DNA from: Balanoglossus misakiensis
Taxonomy: Eukaryota > Animalia > Hemichordata
Assembly (NCBI GenBank): GCA_040954595.2
Contig: CM082582.2
Location: 13,886,154 to 13,950,153, forward strand
Length of the DNA stretch: 64,000 bases
Direction of reading: 5' to 3'
A model generated the notes under the pieces. That model did not search any database. It had not been told where the DNA came from and saw nothing but the letters and a program-made list of their open reading frames with translations. The position numbers and the translations under genes are program-made. This document shows positions 28,599-42,700 of this stretch, piece by piece (position 1 is the stretch's first letter; every line of letters begins with the position of its first letter).

Positions 28599-28772
28599 GT
28601 GACCTTTTCACAAGGTCACCATATAGATAAGAAGTAACACGCAATCACACACACATCAGATATTCAAAATGGCGACTTGCGTACGACTGAAGGCATTATC
28701 GTAGTTCGTCACGTCGTGGAAGGATCGTCGAGTCATGTCTCGTCTCATAATATCTACTTAAATCTTCTAAAA
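28599..28772 (+). promoter_or_regulatory. ANKRD27: Probable ANKRD27 promoter and non-coding first exon
   Basis: Local CpG enrichment; YY1-type CAAAATGGCG at 28665; donor AAA|gtgagt at 28772/3; acceptor ctag|GC at 30308/9 just ahead of the ATG at 30332. Confidence 0.55.
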
Positions 28773-29027
28773 GTGAGTAAATTTTATCGGTTTAAGATAC
28801 CAGGTATATTTCGTACGAAAATATCGGAAATTTGTCGTTTTAGTTTCCTTGAGTGCGAAAACGACATCCTTGAATGAGTACTATTTTGCCTGAACAAGAA
28901 GATGACGAGTAATGTCTAATGCATGATATTATCCGTTAATTTGCCATGCGTGATAAATAGTCAGAGTCCCGTCTTTTGTGGGTAATGCAGAAATGTGACA
29001 GTGACCACCAGCTCTCTTGAGACTAGC

Positions 29028-29148
29028 TAAAGGTAATACGGTCACCTGTAGCTGTTCAAATTTTACCACTGTTACCATGGAAAATTGAAATAAAGCCAAT
29101 CACAGTGAGCCACCACACTGCCATTTGAAAACTTAGACGCGCCACCAT

Positions 29149-29150
<2 letters not shown>
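29028..29150 (-). mobile_element. Diverged partial copy of the TTAA MITE family at 20.8-21.2 kb
   Basis: aaaggtaatacggtcacct followed by ttaccatgg..aattga..ccaatcacag matches the reverse complement of the right half of the MITE. Confidence 0.6.
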
Positions 29151-29155
<5 letters not shown>

Positions 29156-29245
<90 letters not shown>

Positions 29246-29250
29246 TATTA
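29156..29250. repeat. (TAT)n microsatellite
   Basis: Directly visible. Confidence 0.92.
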
Positions 29251-30331
29251 TTTTTTTATGGGGGGGGGGGGGCGGAGGATTGTTGAAAGTAAATTTTGCC
29301 AGCAAACTAAAAATAATTGTATACTTGATAAAACTGGTACATCAGTATTTTGGCCAACTGGTAGTTAAATTTATAAACATTCTCACATTATTTTGTCCAG
29401 TTTTGTACTTCACTACTTGGAAAGTAAATGGGGTAAAGCAACTCCAGAAACATATTTTCATTTCTGTTCATTTGAGTGAGATATATTGTATTGTTTAATG
29501 TTCACGTTTGTTGGATGTAGAGAGACATTTTAGGGTAGGTAATACTGGTCGTAAAATTTGTAATAAATGTTGGCAACAGTTTTAAGAGTAAAAAAATACC
29601 TTTCATTAACTATGCCAAAAAAATTGCTTCAAACTGTAACACTCGGGGGAAAAATTGTGCAACATTGTCTTTCCTCCAGCCCCATATTTGTCATGAACAT
29701 TCAGTTACTCGTATCACTCAAAATCATCTGGTTGTATTATCATTTGGGATCAAACTATATTTTTCCTTGACAACATCATACAATACCGGGGTATGAGCAA
29801 ACAGATTGTGTTACAATGTGATCTAAAATGACTGCTAGCATGAAGAGCTGTTATTCAAACTTGCCTGACATGATTGATTTGAACCTGATACAAGGAGTAG
29901 CCAAATTATTATGTCTGCTGGTTTGTTTTGAAATTTTCATGTCAGGTGTCCTGTTAAACTTACATTTCTTAGCATGGCATAAGAAGAATGTATAAAACAT
30001 GCATGTGCAGACCATTTGTCAATGGTTATTTTTTTACACTCCAATATAGTACCATGTATTTTGCAAGAAAAATATTCAGAGCCATTTTGCAGATATGCAT
30101 TTGACAGATATCGTTCCACCATGGTTTCTTCCAAAGTTTTTCTAATAAATCTATTAAAACAGGCATTATGTCATTGACATGACTTGTATGGGTATCTTTC
30201 TTTCTCTGTTCCACACCCAGAATAAATGGCAGAAAGCTATTCAGAAAAAACAACCAATGAAGTCATGTATCGGTAGATCGACTTGCTCGTTTTCAACTTC
30301 AATTCTAGGCTAACACTTCACCATCATCAAC

Positions 30332-32191
30332 ATGGAGGCCTATGATGAAGATATTGCAGAAAATCGTTTTTTCCGACTTATGCAAAATAAATATAGAAAT
30401 CTGTATGAGAAGGCAGCTGACAAGAGGTGGACTGTAAGTTTTTTTATGTTTTAGTAAGCTTAGCACTAAATAATGACACATTGGTGACTGCTGGTCTTGA
30501 AAAGACATGACTTCTGAATACATCTCCATGTACTTAAAGTTGGTGAAAATATCATATTTTTGTCTTAGGGACTTGTGACAGAATGCTGTGCAAGAAGTTA
30601 TTTCAGATTCTGTATGTTTATTTTTGTCTCATTAGATATGCATACCAAGATCAGGAACATTTTCTCGACATTCTCAAACTTCAACTGATATGGAAAATCA
30701 TATTCTGAGACCAGTACAGAACAATTCACAGACATTCATCACTGTCGGTGATAAGGTAAACAAAACCAGGGACTTGAAGTCAAGAATAAAATTTGAGGGT
30801 CATTGTGCAAAATTTTGAATGAAATAGAGAAATTGTCTCAAATTTGAAATCCAATGTGACCGTCAATCTCCATGTAAACTCTGTGGAGAAAAATTTAAAT
30901 TAGCAATTTTATATAAACAAGGTGGTGAACACCCTGTTTTGATTTTTGTTTTTAAAAAGACTCCTCACACTTTAATGTATCAAACCTGAGGCATGTAAGA
31001 ATTAAAGGGAAAAAATTACTCTTTGTTTTATTAAAAGTCATATGAGAAATTGTGATTTCACCAACTTTCACTTCTGCACAACGGAGTTGCAAAAAGTACG
31101 CTACAGGGGCAGATACAGACATGCTGTGATAACATCCAATTAATGTATGGACATTCAAGCTTCTCATGGCAGCTAATTATGTCAAATTTATGAAATGAAC
31201 TTATTGTGTCGTAGCCAAATGTGTGACAAATCTAGTGAGAGTTCCCTAAACATTATTAAAACAGTAAAATTAAATCCAGTGAAAAAATGGTGTGTAGCAG
31301 TCGGCAGTCACTGACTTTTCTTTAATATTTTCAGGAAGTGCAAGTCACAGGCGATATAATAACTACAACTAATGGTTTCAAAGAAGTCAAAGCAGTAAGT
31401 TGGACTTTTCAAAAATGTTCAATGAAACTTTGCAATTGAATTATCAGTGTCACTGTAAGAAATATTAATTGAGACAGACAAGCTGTTGCTATGTCCTGTG
31501 AGGTAATTCAGAGCAGTTATCTCACAATGCAGACACTATTAGAATAGCAATTCAGCTACAAAACCAGTGAATTGTGTGTAACAAGATGTCGGACTATGGA
31601 CTATTTCACAAATTTCTATAATAAGGCACTGCATTTAGTCGGGGGGGAGGGGGGGGGTGACGTGGAAGTGTACAATGTGATTGTGTGAAGTTTTCTTGTT
31701 CATTGTTTGACAATTGTTTGAAAAATTCATAGTCCTGTTTTTAGTTATATCTTATTAGGCACTGCCAATGACACTATGGATATGAAAATATTCTGTGCAA
31801 CCATCAGTATATCTTTAAATTCAGATGACAGAAGATAAGCTAGCATTGCTCACAGCTTAGCTGCAAAACACATTCAGACATAATGTGTTTAAAAGTTTTC
31901 AGATCTACCTCCTAACATTTCTTTGATTGTTATCTAATTAATAAGATTCTCAAGTGACAGTAATTTGACTAATCATAAAATGATTTATGGATGAAGCATG
32001 TTTCAAGATACATGTAACTGAACACTTTCTTCAAAGATGAATGGGCATGTACATGTACCAGGCTGTTTTGCAAAAACTCAGGATTATTTTCTTTCTACAG
32101 GTGAGGGTTCTATTTGAAGAGACTTTCTTCAACAATAGAGATGAGAGCTTCAGGATTCTATGCATTGATCAACCCTTGGAAGGAGGAACAG
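30332..32191 (+). CDS. ANKRD27: ANKRD27 N-terminal domain exons 1-4 (30332-30433, 30636-30755, 31335-31394, 32101-32191)
   Basis: [14 protein letters not shown]..., ICIPRSGT..., EVQVTGDII..., [29 protein letters not shown]. Confidence 0.9.
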
Positions 32192-35100
32192 GTAAAACCT
32201 CCTACAATGTAATCAGACACATGCCCTTACCTAGTAAATGCCAAGCTTGACTCTTGCGTGAAGTTGATAAAGCCCTAGAATGCAACTTACTTCCCCACTA
32301 GTATTCAAGTTGTCTGCTAATGTAAAAAAATAGCATGATTTATATATGGTGCATATTAATATTACAAGACCTAACAATTATATGAAACTATTGAAAGTGA
32401 ACATGCCACTTTTACCATATTTATATATAAGTATATGTAAGATCAGTCACTGTGTGTCTGTTTGTCTGTCTGTGTATGTACGTGTGTGTGTATGTATATG
32501 CCAAACTTATGTGTTAAATTTCAAATATTACATATTTTGAAAGCAAATTTTATTATTTTTGATCACAATTCTATTTCTGAGAGGCTGCTTTGATGTTTTC
32601 TTTACAGTTTGGTTTAAGGGGCCTTATAGTATGCTATGAATAGGGATAAAATATCAATATTGTTTTCAGGGGAGAAATATTTGCCTTTTTGTCAAAACAA
32701 TGTTTTAGAAAGTGCTTAGTGTGATTGATTGGTTTAAATTAGTCCAATATAAGTGACAGGCATGTATGTCATGTTTGAATGTAACAATTCTGATCAAATG
32801 GGAGAACAGTGTCCCTTACACTATTTTGTTCATGTCTTGAGCCAGCACTTAGGCTTGCCTGAACCAAATCCATTCAAGCTTGGTAGAATGAAAAAGTTGA
32901 CGCTTGCATGCAGTGTCCATACAGACTTTGATTATTCTCTTTACACTGTAGTTGATGGTGGTGATCAGCCATTTCTGGTGCACCTTGACAGTTTGGAAGA
33001 CTGTACTGATTTCTTATGGGGTCTCAAAGGTAGGTCAAAATTGATGTAAAGCAGATTCAATTGTAACACACCTCCAAAGTCTGTGTTCTCATTCGGGTTA
33101 CAAACATACATGTATGCTGTTGCCCTCATGGCCAGTCAACATGTGTATACTATGGCCCTCTAATCATGACTCATAAGGTTTTTCACTCGTACTCTCACAG
33201 GAATTTCCATAATAATTCTTGCCATTCGCTATAATATTTCTGAGTACCATTAACTATTGTTAAACTTATTTTATTTATTTCACAGTAAGCAAGCGTTCTC
33301 AGCGTCAAATTGATGAAATGGTGGATTTATTCAACAAAACATACCAAAGACTAGAAGCAGAGACTCTAAGATACTGTATTGATGCGGCCAATGCATTGTT
33401 TACAAAGTGTGTGCAGACTGCATTGAAAGATAACAATAATGTGAGTAATGAGTTGTTCTTTTAACCCTGAAAGGTACGGTGGCCTAAAATGCAAATAGTG
33501 CCACTGTTACATGGAGAGTTGAAATCTACCCAATCAGTCTCGAGGGTTTGCATTTGGAGGTGATCAGTATAAATCCAACTATGACTGATTTATCAGGTCA
33601 CCACTAAATGCCAGTGTGATTATGAAGTTAATTGTGAGTGTAGTGTTGTTTGCAACACTGATCACTGTAAACTAACAGATGATATAAATTTGAACCAGGC
33701 TGTGCAAGCTAATATGGGTTTGAAGGGACTCCTACTTGAAAGAGTGCAAATTTGTATTTTCTCACCAACAGAGAAAAGCAGTCAAGTCAAATAGAAACTT
33801 CATGGATAATCTTAAGGTTGCCATGGAGACTTACATTATGGATGGTGTATTCAAAAAAGTCTTCAAAGTTGTCAGTACTTTTTATGCGAGAGAGGTGGGT
33901 AATCGGCCAATATTTACCTCATTATCTGTGATGGATTAATTAAGGAAGTGGCATAAAAATCAGGCTGTTTAAGGAATTCTAGTTTTCTGTCAATTATCAA
34001 AGTCCTTAAAAGCATAAAGTAATGTACAATGTACATGTTTTTGAAAGCTCCTGTATTTTGCCTCAGTAAAATTTGCTATTGTGGTTTAGTCTTCTTGTTC
34101 TTGTCATGAGCTATCACCATGGCGTTTGTACAATTGATGTGATTTCTATTGATGGATTTCTGCCATTGGGCAAGGTGAACCGGAGCTATTCAGGGAAAAA
34201 ACTTGCTTGAAAGTGTTAGTCGATAGAAAACTTTTTCAAAGTCACTTTATGCATCAAAACTTGTTTGATTGTTTGAAATTCAACAGGATGCCAACCTAAA
34301 CAAAATCACCAGGAATTTAGCTGAATTACAGTTAAAAGACCTTGGAATCAGAGCACAGTTTACACAGAATGTACCAAGGGCAAGAAGAGAATTGTCTAGT
34401 CTTAACAAATACACCACTCCATTAGAGAAACTCTACTGCCTCAGGAGAACCATTATGACAATAACCCATGCATCTCTCAGAAGAAGAAAAAATAGTGAGT
34501 ACCATATACATACATGTTTGCTGATAATATTTTGGTGTGTGTGGAAGTATTGTGTTATAACAATCTTCAATTCTTGCCTTTAACAAGGTGATTTTGTATC
34601 ATTATAATATTTTGTGAGTTACATGTAGATAGAATAATTGTAAAAATGGCATGGAACAGAACCCTTTTGTATTTTGTCCTATGTCATTTATGTTGGGGTT
34701 TTGTGTTAATAACATGAATAATACTTATATATAATCTCCCAGTATTTCGAACGAGTATTAAGTCAGCGAGGGATGAGTGATTCCCCATAGCGACCATTAT
34801 GACAACAATATGTAACATTTTACACAAAGATGTTTTTTTTTTCTTGCAGTTCCAATTGCACCTATTACAACAGATGATTTGCTGCCAATCCTAGTATTCC
34901 TTGTAGTCAAATCAGAAATTGCAAACTGGTTGGCTAACCTAACATACATGCAAAATTTTAGGTTTTCTAAGCCAGCTAACGATGAGTTTGGGTAAGTTAA
35001 TAATAACTAATGGATTTTTGTTGTATCAATTCAAATTAAAATCAAAACAGTGTTAACCTTATACTGTGTAGTTGATTGTCTCATAAACTTGCTCTCAAGG

Positions 35101-38100
35101 ACAATATCAATCAAAGAATTTTTGATTATACAATCATATGGTAACACTCTCATTGGGACTATCAGTAAATCACTTAAAGGCTTGATATTAACTTTTGAAA
35201 TCTCTTGTTTATTTGATTTGATTCCAAAATCACTTTCACTTGTCTCTCAATATATTTTACTTGTTTGAATGTAGTAATTTTTGTATGCAGATCAGCTGTT
35301 ACTTTAAATTGATCAACTGAAAGAGCCACCCACTTTAGCAGTAACAAGAAAGACAACAACAGATGCACACATCTGATATGACAGATTCATGAACATCAAG
35401 AACAAACTGCAATACGTAGCATTTCCTGTTTAATTTGCTCAAATAGCATAACATGAACCCCAATCCCTGAAAATTTCTTTACCCTTTGATCACATTCTCC
35501 ATTATTTCTATCTCCATGTGGAGGCATAGCCATAATATACACACACAAATGCAATTGAATAATGTAAAATTTTCAACAAATGCCATGAACTGACAAACAA
35601 CGTTTGAAAAAACATCACCAAACGAGCATTTTTCTACAAAAATGGTTCATGCTGTTACAAGTATGTGGCATTATAGGCTGCAATGCTACATATTTTTAAG
35701 AATGAGACCTTTTTTTGTATTTTATAAACTTTTTTGTTCAAGTCACAAAAAGGAAAGATTCCATATCTCATCACTGTCAGAAATGTCAATCAAGGTAGAT
35801 TACAAAACGATCAATGCTTCAGTGTAAATTACAAATTATTGTTGTGGACCAGTTAGTTTCAGATACTTTCCCCATTTCTTTAATTATGTCGTTATCTAAC
35901 CTGTTTTGTTTCTTCTATTTGCAATAGAGAATGATGTCTTCTGTATAAGCTGGACATAGTTCATAAATATATTTATATTGTTAGATGTAGCAAGAATAAG
36001 ACCTTGTATGCCATCAATGGGTCTCATGTTTGTTTTTTTATGCAACCACTTTTACATGTAAAATCTACGGAAATAAGTTCGATGTAGGTGGACACAGCAG
36101 CAGCAGACAAAGTGTAGCTAAAACATGGTGAAGGCAAAGATGGAGTTCAGATCTACAGCTCATCAGTTTGCTTCTTGCTAAGATCCAAAATGGCTGGCAA
36201 TATGGCAGCCATTTCATTATGATGTTTTTATGTCTCAGTGTTTTTGCTAAGGTTGGGGAACATTGGTAATGGATTTGGGAACCCCGGTAACATTCCTATA
36301 ACCCCCTAATATAACAACATTGATACACCCAGGGGAACCCCGGTAAAATGACCGGGGAACTCCGGTAGATTTCACCAATGTACCGCCCTTAACAAAAACA
36401 CTGTGTCTGAAGCTTGTACTCACACACTTCAACCAGTGCACAAAGTATCGTATACATGCACCAGTCATCCTTCCAGCCTAATACTTTCTTAAAGCATTGT
36501 CAGAGCCATACTCTAGATGTTTGACGGATTCCATACCATTTCACGATTTCTTTCAATCATTGTGTTCGTAATCTGCCATAATTTGATTACATTTTCAGAT
36601 TTTATATGGCTTCGATTGAAGCTGCTGTATCGCACGTCCAGAGTGGTAAGTTAGCAAGCATGATATCTGGAAAGAGTACTCCTCCTCGACTAGAGATCTC
36701 CACTGTTCCAACTGTACAGATGCCATGGCAACGACAAGATAGTACCGATGGAGAGTCAACTCAAACTATTGATGTCTTGTTTGAAGTACGTACAATTGTT
36801 GTATATCCATAGAGTATGTTTGCTCCTCGAAAATGTTGTCTTTTGTGTGGTTGGATGAATATTCAACATTTTTGTTGGTTTGTCATTGAAATGAAAATGG
36901 TTTGAGATTTATAGAGGAAAGTACTAACCATCATTTTTTTGATCAACACAGTAAAAAAGCAACAGTGTGTCTGCTTTTCCTATTCAAGGCAAAAATGAAA
37001 AGCCACCTGTAATGAATGTTTATATGATAAGAATGTATCACCCTAAACAAAAAAAGACTCAACTCAGTCACTTCCCTCAAGTCAGTAGGTCATGTGAGAC
37101 TTGCAACTCTGTTTCTTAATCTTATCAACTGGACTGATGAAAAATTTGATGGTCGGTTGGTATATTCCTTCTATGCAGCTCAGTCTGTTTTCTTTCAAGT
37201 ATCTTTCAACAGATTCCTTTATTCAAAATTTTTGACATATGGTTCATATAGAAGCTATAGTATGTCTAAATGGAAATGGAATGCAGTACATGTACTTAAA
37301 CATAGTTCTAAGTTTCATCATTCAAAGAAGTTCTATAAGCTGTTAGTAGTGTTATCTGATATTAATTGTATTTACTATTTTGTACAGCACATTAAAGAAG
37401 GAAGGTTGGCAGAAGTTGAACAGATGTTGAATCTGAGTTCTAGGGATCAACATTCAGTTACAGAGAAGATGTGTCATCCTTTATGTTCATGTGAAAAATG
37501 TGCAACACTTGTTGAAAGGTAACCTAAATTGGCTAATCAAGAGCTTAAGAGCTAGAGGTCTAGACAGAGAGACAAAGATTGACAGACAGAGAGGTACACT
37601 TACATTACAATTTAGCAGATGCATTGAATAAATTGTAAAAACTGAAACAAACACTATTCTAACACTGATCATCTGAAATATATGTTTGGGGGGGGGGGGG
37701 GTGTTAGGCACTAGGCTGTGCAATTCGAATTTCCCACAATTCCCTCAAATGGCAGAAAAATTCTGTCTCTGGTCTAGACAGGTTAAGGTGTGAATGTCTT
37801 GGTCAACACACCAACACCATCCAAAGAACACCTATAAAAACATATACAGGTGTGGTTAATTGTGTACTGGACAATAAATGATTGATTGATTGAAAACAAC
37901 CCATGATGGAAATTCTGCACAAATAAAAAGAAGCATGAAGTTTTACATTAGCCATTGTGCATGCCAGATGTCTGTGCTTTGAAAGATAAATGTTCATACT
38001 GTTGTGTCTACTATTATGTTATTTGTAATTTCTGTTAATGTTCAGGAAAAGAAATGACCCTTCTACAGTGACAGCATTTTCAAGAGATGATAGAGGCTGC

Positions 38101-39754
38101 ACAGCTTTACACATTGCTGCATCTTATGGTAGGGGAAATAATCTAAAGAAATATTTAACCTGTTTTAGTTCATTTATTTTATGATGTAGTGCAGTTATGG
38201 TTCAGCAATACGTACATGTGACATACCTCAGAAACATGGCAGTTGAATTAGATATGCACTCACTTTTCAGTCTGTGGCACAGTGTCTCAATTTTTCCATG
38301 TTTTCCCCTTGGTTGACTCTCAGCTCTTGATGCCAAGTTCACCCTGTACTGTGGGGCTGTGACTATTATTTTGATGCTGTTAAATGATATATACATGTAA
38401 TGCTACCTTTTTAACAGGCCAGGCTAAAGTTATTGAGGTGCTAATGAATCGAGGTGGTGTGATGAATGCTACTGATTACCATGGATCGACACCATTGCAT
38501 CTAGCTTGTCAAAAGGGACATCAAAATGCTACAGTAAGTATAACATCAAATTTCATCAATATGCTGTGAGTGTGAGCATTTGGAAATTGGTTAATTTTTC
38601 TTCCTAATGTGAAGTGCATTTTCAATGTGTGCTGCCTAGTCTACACTATTATTTTGCACCGCCTACATGTAAACTATACAGTCATCTTGTGCAGGACCAA
38701 ATTCTCGATGTCAAAAGCCAACTGGTCTGCTCGAGATGACCAATTTCAAAGAAATATTTTTGTTTCTCATAGACAATACTGGTAAATGTTTCCTTAAAAT
38801 TCCAAGTACATGTATGGAATATTTACTACATTATCATTAAAGTACTTAATAACAGCCATGTTGCCAGGTGAAGCGTGTGCTTAGCACTGTAAGGGATGTG
38901 CACTTACCACGTTGAAATTAAAAAAGACACCTAATGATGTTCATAAGATAGTTGGTATTTAAAACTTAATTGGCTAGTCGATAGAGTTAGGAGGTTACCA
39001 TACATTCTTGATCTCAGGCACATTGAAAGTTCAGCCAGGCCTTATGTAACAACAATGCACCTGTCTACTATTGTTGCCATTGATACATTCTCTAAACTGT
39101 CAAGTGGTGTATTTCAATACTTGCAATGATAGATAATATGATTGTAACGTATTTGTCACATCCAGCATAGGTTACATTATATTTGAGCAGCCAACTCCAT
39201 CTTACACACCACAATACTACAAATTTAATATGTATCTGGTTATGTAGTAGTCATGTAGTAGGTTAATCAAAATAATCAGAAATAGATATTGCACAGTTGT
39301 ACTGCATACTCGGTGTGCCAAGGGATATTGGAACTGTAACAAGAGATATACAAAGTGAATGTTATGGTTGTTTATGCATTCTGTACTTGCATATTTTCTC
39401 TTTATGGAAATCAGTTACTGCTGCTAGACTTTGGTGCTAATCCCAACCTGGCTGATAATGATGGAAATACCCCATTACATCAGTGCAGTGCCAATGGCCA
39501 TGAAGATGTAAGTAAAAATGTTTTTATTGGTCCTATATGTTCCAAAGGGGCAACATGGTTCCTATCTATATCCACTGTGTCTTTGCGTATGTGTCGCTGC
39601 ATTCATTCAATTATCCATGAATCCATAGACAGCATTGGTCCTTAAAAGAACTGAAAATATTTTGGAAGTCCCAGTCAGGCTGTTGTCTTTTGGCTTCTTT
39701 TATGGAACATTTAAAAAAAACTTCCAACTAAATTTCTTCTCCAAATTGTAATGA

Positions 39755-39790
<36 letters not shown>

Positions 39791-42700
39791 GGGGGGGGGA
39801 CTGCCTGCACTAATTTTACCATCATGATCATGATCTGCATTTAGCAGCTGTGCTGTTCCAGGTCTTTCTAATATGACATCAAAACAGCTCAAATTATTAT
39901 CTGGGTGTGGACTACATTATTGACAATGATTTCATCATTCCAGTGTGTGAAAGCTGTGGTGTATTTTGATAAGGCTGTAGTTCCAGTGGATATCAATGCA
40001 GCTAACCTGCAGGGAGACACTCCATTACACCATGCATCGAGATGGGGATATGGTAAGTTGGTCTTGTAAATGTCATGTATACATGTATTAAACAACTTGA
40101 TTCTACACATAACATGATATTACACATTATTTTTGGGCATCTTAATTGTTATTGTATGCCAATTTAAGGATATGACTTAAAAAGACATTTTAGTAATCCA
40201 AACATTCTACAATCATTGAAGTAAATTTTGTAAAAGCCTGATATTGATAAAAGAACCAGATAGCATACAGTGCACAACCATTATCATGTGGTCACATCCT
40301 GCTCTGAAGTGGACGAGATATATTTACATATATTTACACCATTTGTAAAGATTTCCAAAAAAGGCTATGCAACATGATGAACACACATTATTAAATTAAT
40401 AATGTCTTTTTCCCCCACATGTTCTTACTGCTAGAGGGCATAGTTGAGATTTTGCTTGACCACAATGCATCAGTGGAAGCCCTGAATCGCAGGAAAGAAA
40501 CCCCAGTTCTGTGTGCCCATAATGTGAAAGTATCTAGACTCTTAGTGAAAGCTATGCAGCAGAACAAAGAACATTCAAGTGTAAGTATTAATTGGAGTGA
40601 TCTGTTACTTTCTATCTTTGGTTGACTGGCATGCATCGTCAAACAAAAACATTTCCCTATTACTCTCCTTGTTGTTTGTTTACACATTAAACTTTAAATG
40701 TTCTGGTACTATGTGCTATATTTAACCATTGCTGTCATAAATTAAAAGTGATTCTCTTTCAATCATGGCCATGTATTTTTAGCACTGATGATAATGATAT
40801 AGCATAATTGTGTAATTTGATGCCTGTGTATGCCAGCTGAATATGTTCTTATTGGTTTGATTTGAACTAGCGCTACATGTGTTTGCCAACAGTACAGTCA
40901 ACTGATTTTTTTATAAAAAATATTTATCAGAACAATATATAGAAGTAACATGTGAGTTTTTCACAAATTTCCTTGAAACTTTTCATATACTTTAAGACTT
41001 TCACAAACTCATTAAAGAAAGATTGGCAAGCAATGCTGCAGTGGGCCATTCAAGCTTAGGTCTTCAACTACACACAGACACTCTAAAAATGGCTGAGTCA
41101 GAGATATGTAAGGGTCTTGAAGTACAGAAAAAGAAAAGTGGCTCAATCAAGGACCTTTTGGAGAAAAAAAAAGAAAGTGGGCTTGATGTGGGCTCCTCTA
41201 ATAATATGAAGTGGTTGTAATGGTGATCAGCTGAAGAACGTCCAGTGATTGAAATAATTAGTTTGAATGGTGGCATTTATCTCCAAAATTAAACAACCAG
41301 CTGGTTGCAGTTTTCTGATGTAATGTATATTGGTCATTTCCTTTAGCCTTCCAGTCCACCAATAGCAAGTACTGTACTAGCTGTTCCAATCAGACCATCT
41401 GTTATGGAACAAATTGATATTCAGGTGTCACCATCCCAACCTGCAAAACCTGGCATGTCAGAGATTGAACAAGCAAAAGAAAAACAAGTAAGCATGTATA
41501 ATTTGTCTTTTTATTGCAATTCATTAAAATGTGAAGGAGTCAAGAAATGTAATAACATGGACTATAAACATGAAGATACACTTTGTTGATAATGATAAGA
41601 AAACCCTGATGGTAGAAAGTGGATTTCTGAAGGAGAGAAAAGCTAATATACATAATGTACTTTTATTATGTGAGACAGGTAGACAAAATATTTTGTGGTT
41701 AGGAGCAACATGAGGAAAATTTCCCTCCTGATGTACTTCAATGCTCATTGGAGATATTTGACAATATGGTGCTTGACTGGTATATACAGGGCATGCAGAG
41801 TACTTATGCTTACAAATTGCCGACCATTTTAAATTTTCAAAGCATGCAAATTTGCTATGTCACAATGTCAGAGAAATTTTTGCAATTACTGCTATAAATG
41901 TACTTGTTAGAGATACTGATACTGATAGAACTGTGTTATAGACAATGTCCAAGATATTGAATGAAACCTAAAAACTTCTCTTCATGGACCTTCATATAGG
42001 TTGTAAAATTGCTAAAGGCAGTTGCTGATAATGATGTCCAGTTAGTCCGTTATCAGCTTGGATGGCTAAGTGACAGTGAAAGTGATGAAGATGAGGCCAT
42101 GTCAGCAGATAGTCTGAAGCTGTGTCATCCACTTTGTCTATGTGATCGGTGCCAAGCATTACAAAGGGTAAACATGGCTTTTTCAGGGTAATTCATGCAT
42201 ACCCACATGTACACTTTCTTTTTCTATGTTCTAATGCAATATGTGAGGTCTATTAATATTCATATATGCTAAGTTAAGTGTGTTGGTTGATAACCCTAGA
42301 GCAACAGTTAAAATTCATAATAAAATGAAGAAAATTTGAAAGATGATAAAAAACAAGACATTTGAGCTTTAAGTCATGACAGAGATTAAGCATAAATAAA
42401 CTTTCGAAAGGCCAATAAAATGCAGACCTAACTATGGCATATTTCCTCTAGCTGTTTGCTACGTTTTCTAGAATAGTAAACACTTACACCTGCACATTTG
42501 TTAAAAGTTTAACAAGGCAATGCTGGCTTGCCAACTGACATACAGCCTTAGTATAATATTCTCTTATTCTTGAAGTATCCGATAGACCATCGAAACTGGG
42601 GTTTGTGTAAAAGATGGTCTGGCAACTTTAAACAATGAATAGAATAATATAAGGTTATTTACAAAATACTGGGATTTATGTCCGAGTACATCGTGCAGCG

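Noticed and set aside
41023-41220. Lys-rich 65-aa ORF in an ANKRD27 intron as an extra exon
   Set aside because: No convincing splice sites; exons 16 and 17 already join in frame.
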